Positions 63,859-64,000 of a stretch of 64,000 nt of DNA are shown here, in pieces. The stretch lies in NCBI RefSeq assembly GCF_009914755.1, contig NC_060945.1; one strand, given 5' to 3'. Within the stretch, counting starts at the first letter, position 1. Each line of letters opens with the position of its first letter. This stretch comes from the human T2T-CHM13v2.0 reference genome, Homo sapiens. A program made the translations under genes and the position numbers. A model generated the notes under the pieces. That model was not told the DNA's origin. It ran no database searches and saw only the letters and a program-made list of their open reading frames with translations.

Positions 63859-64000
63859 TTTGTGGGATCAGAGTGGTTACTTTGTTCCGAATCCAAGGAT
63901 CAGAACACACGATGAGAGAAAGTCCAGCTATTGGAACTGGAGTGCCAAGTTGAAGCTAGATCTACAACAAAAGTTCCAAAAGCTCCTTTATAGGGCTGAT

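Overview
Hominoid (human or great-ape) genomic DNA from a pericentromeric/subtelomeric segmental-duplication mosaic of the 4q35/10q26/3p12-type 'FSHD-region' family. I see no intact protein-coding gene. The window holds a processed RARRES2 pseudogene (-), a rearranged processed AGGF1 pseudogene (+), a diverged beta-satellite (BSR) block and a pol-less ERV1 provirus with nested Alu, LTR5 and full-length L1PA2 insertions. It also holds a ~139-bp tandem array of ZNF143-type motifs, a homeobox-less D4Z4/DUX4-like remnant fused to a truncated Tigger1, a fragmented class III ERV pro-pol, an ORF1-deleted L1PA3-like element and an orphan MLLT10 exon. I found no convincing wholly new biological system. 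The best leads are the bidirectional ZNF143-motif array next to the DUX4-like remnant, the open DUX4 transactivation-domain frame, an L1 antisense promoter/ORF0 positioned to drive the ERV remnant, and many template-switch scars. Gene and subfamily calls come from recalled sequences, not database searches; the exact locus and species are undetermined.
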